The position numbers and the translations under genes are program-made. Shown here piece after piece: positions 1 through 8,155 of a stretch of DNA of 64,000 nucleotides (its first letter is position 1; every line of letters starts with the position of its first letter). Origin of the DNA: Candidatus Sulfomarinibacteraceae bacterium (lineage in GTDB: Bacteria > Acidobacteriota > Thermoanaerobaculia > Thermoanaerobaculales > Sulfomarinibacteraceae). The notes beneath the pieces are model-generated. The model was not told where the DNA came from. It did not search any database and saw only the letters and a list, made by a program, of their open reading frames with translations. Location of the stretch: NCBI GenBank assembly GCA_963796455.1, contig CAWCLO010000005.1:1-64000 (forward strand), given 5' to 3'.

Positions 1-699
1 CGTTCTCACGATAGAACTGCACGGCCTTTTCGCCTGTGCCCACGATGTCGGCGTTCGCCCGAATGAATGAGAAGTTGGCGTAGGTCGGCGACCGCACGAC
101 GAAGTAGCCATCGGGCACATCGCCTTCATAGTCCGGCGGAAGCAGCAGGTACTTGCCGCCCTTGCCCTGATCCTGGCCGGTCGGGCCGATGTCGGCAAGG
201 AAGAGGAAGTTGTGGTCGTCCAGCGGCCCCATGATGCCGGGTGGCACCTCGAAGACCGTGGGGCCGTCCTTCTTCAGGTCGAACACGATGAAGGCGTAGA
301 GACTCTCGGTGTTGCCGGTCAGGACAGGGCGCTCGAGTCCAGGCGGTCCGCGGTGACGTTGATCTGCGAGCTGTCGCGCATGCCGAGGTCTCGAACCCAT
401 CCCTTCATCAGTCCATGCGCCGAGAGCGCCGGGTACATGTCGAGGTAGAGCTGGGTCGCGCGCTGCAGGTCGAGCTCGTCGTAGACCTTGCGCACGGTAC
501 TGTCGGTCGGGTAGCCGCCAGGGAACTCCAGGGTCCCGAAGCGGGTGTGCATGGTCTCGGGTGCCGGCCTGAAATCGCCCGGGGTGTACTTTTCCTCGGC
601 ACCGGCGGTTTCGAAGATGCTCTGCGCCTCGGCCGGGCCTCCGAGACCCGTCGCCAGTAATCCGATCAGAATGAATGTGGACAGTGATTCTGCTTTCAT
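1..699 (-). pseudogene. DUF1254/DUF1214-type exported protein; frameshifted near 325 and running off the window edge
   Basis: ATG at 699 with an AAGGAG RBS and a signal peptide (MKAESLSTFILIGLLATGLGG). TRFGTLEF..G.PT...V.KVYDELDLQRA is typical of the family. The ORF stops at 319 (LDSSALS*), but a shifted frame continues LTGNTESLYAFIVFDLKKDGPTVFEVPPG..D.G.TG.D.GKGGKYLLLPPDY. Confidence 0.75.
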
Positions 700-1022
700 T
701 GTCTGCTCCTTTTCCTTGCGGCCCGCGGGCCGTCGTTCAAAGATCTGTTGCCAGGTGTTCGTGCTTCCTTCTCGACCTGCTCGACCCGCAGGATCGGCAG
801 GTGCAGGCTGTAGAGCGTTTCGAGGATGCCGTTGAGCTCGGCCTGGTCGCGGACGGGCCCGACCAGGGCAGTGTGCGGCGAGCGCCCCTCGCGCTGGGTG
901 GAGGTGATGGCGAGACCGGCGAGGCGGTCGCTCCACTCCTGGCCCACATCACCCTTGACAACGATGCGATAGGTTGCGGGCCCACCGAACTCGATTTCTA
1001 TGTTTTCATTTGACAGGTTCAT
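696..1022 (-). CDS. Small conserved ACT-like hypothetical protein of the kind often found next to MalT-like LuxR regulators
   Basis: Pattern YRIVVKG...WSDRLAGL.I....T.LVGPVRDQAELNGILETLYSLHLPILRV. GGAGG RBS before ATG 1022, and an ATGA overlap with the DUF1254 gene. Confidence 0.7.
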   Translation of the reverse strand: MNLSNENIEIEFGGPATYRIVVKGDVGQEWSDRLAGLAITSTQREGRSPHTALVGPVRDQAELNGILETLYSLHLPILRVEQVEKEARTPGNRSLNDGPRAARKRSRQ

Positions 1023-1115
1023 CTGCGAGCCTCCGTCGATAAACAGATCCGTCAACCATCACAATTCTGCGATTCGACCTGATGACACTCATATTGTCGG
1101 TGCCCGATCCGCATC

Positions 1116-1148
1116 GCGAATCCCCTGAAACAAGGGGGAAATAGGGGA
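1116..1148. promoter_or_regulatory. Putative regulator-binding motif GCGAATCCCCT...AGGGGGAAAT-AGGGG, copy 1
   Basis: A near-identical motif lies at 7914-7958. Both sit upstream of minus-strand transcription units near a MalT-like regulator. Confidence 0.5.
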
Positions 1149-1154
1149 GAGCGA

Positions 1155-1234
1155 GGAATTCGGAATTCTTAATTAGGAATTTCATCGCACCATCGCACCA
1201 TCGCAATTCGCAATTCGCAATTCGCAATTCGGAA
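1155..1234. repeat. Short tandem repeats (GGAATTC/GCAATTC heptamers, CATCGCAC)
   Basis: Direct reading: ggaattcggaattc...catcgcaccatcgcaccatcgcaattcgcaattcgcaattcgcaattc. Confidence 0.85.
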
Positions 1235-1334
1235 TGCCACGCGACCGCCCCGCCCGGGTCCATGTCACAGGATTTATCGCATACGGCCCTTGATTCAATG
1301 TGACGGGGAGCGATGCTCTCGGAGCATCCTGCAT

Positions 1335-2018
1335 CACAGCTGTCCAAAACAGATCGTGACCTGAAATTGCCCGATTGAAAACACGAGGTTTGGGGGTTGA
1401 AAATTGGGATTTCCGGTTCGTGGTTGCCCCGCGCTGTCCTCACTTTCATTTGCCGTTTCCGGAGGAAGAAAGAGAGATCCACCCGGCACTGACTCCGCAC
1501 GAACGCGAATGTCGCCTCCCGATGTCATCCTGAGCGGAGCGCATTTTGCGCGTAGTCGAAGGACCCGTTCGACTCGCGCTGCTCGCTCAGGGCAGGTTCT
1601 GCGTTCTGAGATCGTTCCGTTCCATCTCATAGATCCTTCGACTACGCCCCTGCGGGGGCTCCGCTCAGGATGACATCTTGACAAAATGCAGCCAACCCCA
1701 AAAATCTCCGCTGCTACATGTCACCGGGAGAGCGAGGGCCCACACAGGAGGTTTTTCCCGCCATCGAAGGGCTGCTGAAGATTACGATCCCGAAGGTGAA
1801 AAGGAGAATGATCGCTGTCGCTGATGACTGAACGCTGCCGCTGACACCTGTTGGCTGACGCTGTCCGCCGCTCCCCGTCGCTGTCCCTGATCGCTGCGCG
1901 ATACTTCCGACCTGGGCCGAGTGATCCAGCTAGTAGGACACAACTCTGAAGGTGGGCCAAGGCCCACCCTCAGGACTGTTTCTGAACGCCATTCGAGACT
2001 TTGTCTTGGACAAGAGTG
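1335..2018. mobile_element. Putative non-autonomous MITE-like element with imperfect terminal inverted repeats
   Basis: Left end CACAGCTGTCCAAAACAGA, right end TTTGTCTTGGACAAGAGTG. Flanked by AT on both sides within a GCATCCT heptamer tract. No credible ORF. Related ends at ~21310, ~26950 and 63916. Confidence 0.5.
1521..1677. repeat. GTCATCCTGAGC-type palindromic repeat element
   Basis: Perfect 20-bp inverted repeat GATGTCATCCTGAGCGGAGC / GCTCCGCTCAGGATGACATC, with an inner AGTCGAAGGA / TCCTTCGACT pair. Three more copies at 62.9-63.8 kb. Confidence 0.85.
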
Positions 2019-2171
2019 ATCCTGCATCCTGAATCCTTCCCCCTCGATTCCTCCTTGTTTCGAGGGATTCGAGATTTGTCGGCTGGATGCACACTGAGGG
2101 TGGGCTCCTTTGCCGGCGAGAGATTGCGCCATCAAGGGGCGCCAGATACAGTCGGTCTCGGAGGAGTTCTG

Positions 2172-3233
2172 ATGGCGTTTTCAGTTTGGCAGAGGAAGAG
2201 AGCCCGGCGAATCGCCCGGGGGGTGGCGATTCTGGCGCTCGCCATGTTCCTCGCACCGCCGGCGACCGCCGAGGACACCGATGTGGTCGTATTCGACACC
2301 GGAGAACGTGTTGTCGGTGAGGTCAAGAACTTTGTTCAGGGCAAGCTGAAGTTCGATACCGACCAGGCCGATAATATCTACATCGACTGGGATTACGTGT
2401 ACTTCCTCACGTCTTCGGCCTTTTTCGAGGTGTATGACGAGAATGGAGTCGTCTACTACGGCACTCTCGGAACCACTGACGAAAAGCGGCAGCTGGTGGT
2501 CGCCGACGAAAATGGCTCGGTCGTACTCGACATGGATCGCGTCGTCGAATTCACGCAGATCGAGAAGAGCTTTATTGAACGTCTCGACGGCCACGTCGAT
2601 CTCGGTCTCAGCTACACCTCAGCAGACTCGAGCCTCCAGTATTCGTTGGACGCGGCGGCGGCCTATCGTCAAAAGAAGTACGCTGCGTCTGTCGAATTGA
2701 CCTCCATCCAAACGCGCCGCGACAACACAGAGGACATTCTCCGCGACAACCTCAGGTTCGAATACACCAGGTACCACAAGAAGAGGTATTTCGGCACCGG
2801 GGCGCTGGTCTTCAGTCGCAACACCGAGCTCGGCATCGACTTCCGGACCGAGCTCGGCTACGCCTTTGGTCGTTATGCCCTCGTTTCGAACAGACAACTG
2901 CTTTCCGGGAGGGTGGGATTCTCGCTCACATTCGAAGACGAAACCGGGGCCGAATCCGGGACGACGGAGGCCTGGGGTCTGGTCGGAGTGAAGTACCACT
3001 ACTTTCTGTACCACTATCCCGAGACCAATATCGTGGTGGATATCTCGGTACAGCCCAGTATCACCGACTGGGCGAGAACAAGAGTGAACCTCGACGTCTC
3101 CTTGCGGCGGGAGGTGATCGAGGACTTCACCCTCAGCCTCTCGGTCTATGACAATTACGACTCCGAGCCCAATGAGGCCGCCCGGGCCAAACACGATCTC
3201 GCTGTTGTGTTCTCGATCGGGTGGACGTTTTAG
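2172..3233 (+). CDS. DUF481-family outer-membrane beta-barrel protein
   Basis: GGAG RBS, ATG 2172, signal peptide. N-terminal DVVVFDTGERVVGEVK motif, amphipathic beta-strands, C-terminal IGWTF. Confidence 0.75.
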   Translation: MAFSVWQRKRARRIARGVAILALAMFLAPPATAEDTDVVVFDTGERVVGEVKNFVQGKLKFDTDQADNIYIDWDYVYFLTSSAFFEVYDENGVVYYGTLGTTDEKRQLVVADENGSVVLDMDRVVEFTQIEKSFIERLDGHVDLGLSYTSADSSLQYSLDAAAAYRQKKYAASVELTSIQTRRDNTEDILRDNLRFEYTRYHKKRYFGTGALVFSRNTELGIDFRTELGYAFGRYALVSNRQLLSGRVGFSLTFEDETGAESGTTEAWGLVGVKYHYFLYHYPETNIVVDISVQPSITDWARTRVNLDVSLRREVIEDFTLSLSVYDNYDSEPNEAARAKHDLAVVFSIGWTF

Positions 3234-3254
3234 CGGGCATCCTTCGATGCCCGC

Positions 3255-3306
3255 AGAATTCGGAGTTCGGAATTCGGAGTTCGGAATTCGGAGTTCGGAA
3301 TTCGGA
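3255..3306. repeat. Heptamer microsatellite (GGAATTC/GGAGTTC)n
   Basis: Direct reading; lies between convergent genes. Confidence 0.9.
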
Positions 3307-3346
3307 TTGCCGCCCACCGACGACGCATCGGGGATCGAAGGCCGTT

Positions 3347-3415
3347 GTGGTGCAGGCGTCTCGCCTGCACGATTCCACCGGCATCGAAGAAGTGCGGGTG
3401 AGAGCCCCGCACCAC
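3347..3415. repeat. REP-like inverted pair (GTGG + TGCAGGCG-TCT-CGCCTGCA hairpin)
   Basis: gtggtgcaggcgtctcgcctgcac ... gtgcgggtgagagccccgcaccac. Same family at 26789-26839 and inside the composite elements. Confidence 0.75.
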
Positions 3416-3431
3416 AACATCGCCGCAGACG

Positions 3432-5942
3432 TCAGTCGTCGCTCTCGGGAAGATTGGCCGATGGTTTTTCTTTGCGGTCAGTGACCCTCGGGCCTTTGGC
3501 TGATTCTTCTGCTGTCGTCTTGACGTGCACATCACGTTGCGGGTAGGGGATCTTGATTCCGGCCTCTTTCAAAGCGCGACTTATGGCAAAGCGCAGTTCG
3601 CTCTCGATGCGCAAGGCGTTTCCGGCCTTCGCCCAGGCGCGGAGCTCGAAATCGAGCGAGCTGTCGCCGAAGCCTCGGAACAGAACCTCCGCATTGGGTC
3701 GATCGAGGACCTCGGAGTGGGTGTTGGCGGTATCGATCAGGAGCGTTGCCACCGTGTCCGGATCGGTCTCGTAGTCGACTCCGACCGGGATCTCGATCCG
3801 CCTCTGGTCGCGTTTCAAATTCCAGTTGAGGACATCCGATGAAACGAGGTGCGCGTTTGGAACCACGAGTTCGGGCCCCCGCCAGGTTCGAATCAGCGTG
3901 GCCCGCAAGCCGATCTTTTCGACCACGCCACTGGTTGCGCCAACCTCGATGGTGTCTCCGATTCGTATCGGCCGCTCGAAGAGCAGAATCAGCCCCGATA
4001 CGAAGTTGTTGACGACGTTTTGCAGCCCAAAACCGATGCCGACGCCGAGGCCGCCCGCCACCAGGGCAGTCTTGCCGAGGTCGAAACCGATGGCAGCAAA
4101 TGCGACCACCACCCCGACCAGGATGACGATGTAGCGGCTGAGCCGGGAGATGGTTTGCGGCACCCCGAGGGGAAGAGTGAAATGTTTGAGGACGATCACC
4201 TCGAGGACGAAGTCCACGAGCGCTGCGATTTTCACCGACAGCCAGATGATGAAGACGAACGCCAGAACCTGGCCGAGGCTGAGCGAAAAATCGCCGATCG
4301 AGGCGGTCGCCTGCAGCAACGAGATGATTTTCGCCATCAAAGGCTCGTAGAGCATGAATGCCTTGAGGGTGAAAGTAATCCACAAGATGGTGGTGACCAG
4401 CGCAATGACCCAGAAGGAGGCGCTACGGACCGTGTCCGAGTGATCCGGAGCGATGCCCAGGCGGCGTGCGGCAGGCGACAGGAGGGCGACCCGCACCATC
4501 GATCGCGACAACTCGGCCACCACTATCACGACGATTGCCGTAAAAATGGCTTCGATGTTCCCTGTGATCAGCAAACTGCCAAGACGAACATTGCCCATGA
4601 CGTCTGCAAAAAGACCGAATGCAAAAAGGAAAATCCCGAGCCGCACGGCGCGCGTCACCCAACGGAGCCATTTCTCCGAAAGATCTCCAGGATCAGTTTT
4701 CAGAAACCGAAGGAACCACAGGCTCAAACCGATGCCGGCCAATGCCAACGCGATCAGCCAGAGGCGTTGGCTGATCGAAGCGACCGGTGACAACTGGGCC
4801 AGGCGAAGAAGTAGAAAGAGTGGAATCAAAAGGTACGGCAGGGGCCGAAGGCTTTTCGAGAGGAGGCCGAATAACAACAAGGTGAGGGTCAGGATCAGCA
4901 AAAGGTTGACGAGGTCAAACCACGCCGCCGGCGCCTGCATATCGGCGAGGTTGATCAGAACCAGGGTGACGACGGCTGCCGCGGTCATGGGTCGATCGAG
5001 GGTTGCGACGGTCGTCGCCAGCGATTTATCCTGTTGCACCCACAACGCCGCCTTGCGCCGCATCAAAATCAATGTCACCGCCAAGCCCGCCCAGAGCAGG
5101 GCCCAGGTGAAGAGGAGGGGCCCGCGTTCGCTCAGGTAGCCGCGCACTTCGCGATACTGTCGCTGTCCGATTTCTTTGATCTGACTGATCAATGCCGTTT
5201 CTTTGCCACTCCCGGCGCCAAAGGCTCTCCACAGCGGTGGGCTGTCCGCGGCAAAGATTCCGACCGAGCGTTTGGCGATCTCGGCCCGTTGCCGTGCCAG
5301 GAGATCGTTGAGGGTGCTCTGTTCTTGCGCGACGTCGGCCTGCAGCGCCAGGACTGAATCTCGTGCGGAGCGCACGTCGTCTTCCCCGCCACGAACGATT
5401 TCGATGGCGTCAGAGATTTGTTGTGTCAACGCCGCCGGCAACTCATCTGTTCGTTCCTGATCGCGGGTGAGTTCCCAGAGCTGCCGTTCGGTCTGCAATC
5501 TTTTGAGTGTCGACTCCAAGGCTGCCGATCGTATTGACAGGTCACGCATCCACCGGTCGAGGCGTTCGCTGGAACGCACCGAGGCCTTTTCGAGTTCCTT
5601 GATCTGCGACACCTGACCCTGGTCGGACAAAAGCTCGTCAGTATTTTTCCCGATCTCGACGATTCGTTCCTTCTCCTGGGGGAAGGTCTGGTTGATCTGG
5701 GTCAGGCGGTCGTCGGGCTTGCCCGCCTCCTGTGCGCCTCGAACCTGATCGCGCACGGATCCGGCGCGGGTGGCGATTTCGCTTGCAGGGATCGGGGTCG
5801 GCGCGGGCGATGGGGTCGGTGCAGGTGTTGCGGCCGGATCGGTGACCTGCGCAGCGGCCGGGTGGATCGCACTACAGGCCAGGAACATGAGGGCGGAGGC
5901 CGATATCGCCAGGCGGCGCAAACTGGATCTGCTAGTTCCCAT
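3432..5942 (-). CDS. Large MscS-family mechanosensitive channel (MscK/KefA-like)
   Basis: Signal peptide, periplasmic coiled coil, many TM helices. GLGVGIGFGLQNVVNNFVSGLILLFERPIRIGD, FGDSSLDFEL and IPYPQRDVH motifs. Confidence 0.9.
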   Translation of the reverse strand: MGTSRSSLRRLAISASALMFLACSAIHPAAAQVTDPAATPAPTPSPAPTPIPASEIATRAGSVRDQVRGAQEAGKPDDRLTQINQTFPQEKERIVEIGKNTDELLSDQGQVSQIKELEKASVRSSERLDRWMRDLSIRSAALESTLKRLQTERQLWELTRDQERTDELPAALTQQISDAIEIVRGGEDDVRSARDSVLALQADVAQEQSTLNDLLARQRAEIAKRSVGIFAADSPPLWRAFGAGSGKETALISQIKEIGQRQYREVRGYLSERGPLLFTWALLWAGLAVTLILMRRKAALWVQQDKSLATTVATLDRPMTAAAVVTLVLINLADMQAPAAWFDLVNLLLILTLTLLLFGLLSKSLRPLPYLLIPLFLLLRLAQLSPVASISQRLWLIALALAGIGLSLWFLRFLKTDPGDLSEKWLRWVTRAVRLGIFLFAFGLFADVMGNVRLGSLLITGNIEAIFTAIVVIVVAELSRSMVRVALLSPAARRLGIAPDHSDTVRSASFWVIALVTTILWITFTLKAFMLYEPLMAKIISLLQATASIGDFSLSLGQVLAFVFIIWLSVKIAALVDFVLEVIVLKHFTLPLGVPQTISRLSRYIVILVGVVVAFAAIGFDLGKTALVAGGLGVGIGFGLQNVVNNFVSGLILLFERPIRIGDTIEVGATSGVVEKIGLRATLIRTWRGPELVVPNAHLVSSDVLNWNLKRDQRRIEIPVGVDYETDPDTVATLLIDTANTHSEVLDRPNAEVLFRGFGDSSLDFELRAWAKAGNALRIESELRFAISRALKEAGIKIPYPQRDVHVKTTAEESAKGPRVTDRKEKPSANLPESDD

Positions 5943-6107
5943 TCGGTGATACCCCCGTCGACGACAATACATCAGCAAAGGTATCGCTGTAGATCTTCCA
6001 CATGGCGAAGAGTATCGCCACCGAAACCCGTTGCGCCGTTCGGTGGGCCTGCTCGTTTGAAGTCATCTTTGGACATCCCTTCTGGTCGTGTCGTCACAAC
6101 AGCCGGA

Positions 6108-6866
6108 TCATCGACTCTTCACCAGATCGACAATCCGGAAAGAGGACTTGAGTCGAAGTTCGATGAACTGGTCGGTCGGTCGAAGGTTCTCGTTGATGGT
6201 GCTGCGCAACTGCTGTCTCGCATAGCGCAGTTCGAGCGTCCATTGCTTGTTGAAGACGTAACCGATCCCCGCGGAGTAGCGGGCTTGTTGGGCATAGAGT
6301 TCCTGGACCTCGGAACCGAGCGGAAAATAGAACTCGGCCTTCAGCGGAACGTAAAACGCTCGTGCTTCGACGGTGTATTTGTTGATTGGAATCTTGAATG
6401 AGAGCCGATATCGAAGGCGGACGGCGAAATCCCAGCTGTCCAGACTCTGAAATCGCTCCTCGAGCCTGAACCGGTGTTGCAGCACATATCGGCGCACCAG
6501 ACCAGGACTGTCCGGCCAGTCGAGGGTGACTGCCTGCCAGAGACGCGCTTCGAATTTGTCCGGAACCTCGGGCAGATACGTGTAATAGAGCCCCAACCCT
6601 CCCTCGAGCCGAATCCTCTTCTTGAGATCGAAGGACACCCCGCCCGTGGTTTTGAGTTGGTTCTCAGCTCCAAAGAGGCGATCGGCATCATAGAGTTCCT
6701 CGTAAATGAGGGTGCCGAAACCTCGGAGTCGTTCTTTCACTTTCCTCTGGTACTCGTAGCCGAGCGACTGCTGGAGGTTGCTCCCATTCTGCTCCTGTGC
6801 ATATGCCGGAGCAGCCGCCGTGATGAGGGCCGCGAGACAGCAAAGAAACGGACGCATGGCCCGCAT
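6108..6866 (-). CDS. DUF2490-like outer-membrane beta-barrel
   Basis: Signal peptide. E.RLWQ, QHRFRLEERF, RLRYRL and R...GIGY patterns. Start uncertain (6866 or 6857). Confidence 0.7.
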   Translation of the reverse strand: MRAMRPFLCCLAALITAAAPAYAQEQNGSNLQQSLGYEYQRKVKERLRGFGTLIYEELYDADRLFGAENQLKTTGGVSFDLKKRIRLEGGLGLYYTYLPEVPDKFEARLWQAVTLDWPDSPGLVRRYVLQHRFRLEERFQSLDSWDFAVRLRYRLSFKIPINKYTVEARAFYVPLKAEFYFPLGSEVQELYAQQARYSAGIGYVFNKQWTLELRYARQQLRSTINENLRPTDQFIELRLKSSFRIVDLVKSR

Positions 6867-6877
6867 CCTACACCGTT

Positions 6878-7849
6878 CTACTGCAGCGAAATGCTGGGGA
6901 TCGGGAACGAGGCGGCGAGGAAGAAAGAGGTTCCCTCGAGTTGGCTGCGGATCCCGGTCTCCCACAGGAAGCGGGCGTTGATGAAGCAGATGATCTTCTT
7001 TTTGGTTGCGATCGGGATCGTCACCTCCGGCCCGACGCCGAAGCCGCGGTGTTTACCGAAAAATTCGTCGAAGACATCCTGGAGATCACGGCCGGGATCG
7101 TCGCCGGTGACCTTCCACTGCGCGTAGTAGGCGACGCCTACGTTGATGGCCCCTCCCATGAAAGATTTACCAAGACCGCCCTGGAGGGTGAGGATGTCGC
7201 CGACCTTGATATCCGTGCCCTGCTTTTTGGTGTGGGTCTCGTAGAAGGCGGTGGTAGCAAGGTTCCAACTCTTGGCTTCATCGAGGTAGATAGTGGTCCC
7301 GCCGGAGATTTCGAAGCTCCACATGCCCATTCCGAGGTTGTCGTCGGCGCCGGCTTCGTAGCTGCCGATGGGAGCGTAGATACCGAGCCCGGCGGTGAAG
7401 TCGGCCCGCTTCGTGTTCCAACCGAGCGTGATTGGTTGGATATAGAGGTCGGTCAAACCGGTGTCGACCTTCTCATTGAGGTAGAGAATGGGGGCCTGAA
7501 ACCTGTTGTCGGTGAAGGCTGGAACCACCGTGAGACCGTAGGTGCCGCCGAAAATCTTGTGCTCGGTCACGTATGTCAGGACGATTGCGTACGCATTGAC
7601 ATCGAGGGAACCACGTTCATCGGGGTCGATCGCAACTGAATTCCCATTGCGGTCACGCAGGGTTTCGCCATCGTAGCGAATGTACATTCCAGCAAGATTC
7701 CAGCCGAGCGAGGCCTGGGTGCCAGACATCAGTCCAGAATCACCCGGGTAGTTGTGACCCAGGAACTGCGCAGAGGCCTGGCTCGGGACCAGGGCAACGA
7801 CCATCAAACAACCGATCGAAAAAGCGACGTGCCACGTCCGTATCCTCAT
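6878..7849 (-). CDS. SphA/phenol meta-degradation-like outer-membrane transporter (MetA-pathway family)
   Basis: Signal peptide. GLTDLYIQPITLGW, GIYAPIGSY....DNLGMG.W and GVAYYAQWKVTGD motifs. Confidence 0.8.
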   Translation of the reverse strand: MRIRTWHVAFSIGCLMVVALVPSQASAQFLGHNYPGDSGLMSGTQASLGWNLAGMYIRYDGETLRDRNGNSVAIDPDERGSLDVNAYAIVLTYVTEHKIFGGTYGLTVVPAFTDNRFQAPILYLNEKVDTGLTDLYIQPITLGWNTKRADFTAGLGIYAPIGSYEAGADDNLGMGMWSFEISGGTTIYLDEAKSWNLATTAFYETHTKKQGTDIKVGDILTLQGGLGKSFMGGAINVGVAYYAQWKVTGDDPGRDLQDVFDEFFGKHRGFGVGPEVTIPIATKKKIICFINARFLWETGIRSQLEGTSFFLAASFPIPSISLQ

Positions 7850-7913
7850 TGCGATCCCCCATGTTCTGAATTGGCTTTTTTCACACCTTCAGTGTGAAGC
7901 CCGTCGCCGATCG

Positions 7914-7958
7914 GCGAATCCCCTTGTATGTGTGGGGATCGAGGGGGAAATGAGGGGG
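7914..7958. promoter_or_regulatory. Putative regulator-binding motif, copy 2
   Basis: GCGAATCCCCT-tgtatgtgt-GGGGAT...AGGGGGAAATGAGGGGG, matching 1116-1148. Confidence 0.5.
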
Positions 7959-7970
7959 TAGGACAATTGT

Positions 7971-8123
7971 GAGTTCGGAGTTCGGAGTTCGGAGTTCGGA
8001 ATTCGGAATTCGGAATTCGGAATTACATCGCACCATCGCAATTAGGAATTAGGAATTGCATCGCACCATCGCGACGTCACATTTCGGATTTCGGATTTCG
8101 GATTTCGAATTTGCCATCGCACC
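7971..8123. repeat. Heptamer microsatellites (GGAGTTC, GGAATTC, GGATTTC) with CATCGCAC
   Basis: Direct reading. Confidence 0.9.
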
Positions 8124-8155
8124 AAAGCGCGAGTTTTGAGTCTCCGCCCTGGCTT

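Noticed and set aside
319..321. TGA read-through (selenocysteine) in the DUF1254 gene
   Set aside because: Homology continues in a different frame, so this is an indel and not a recoded stop.
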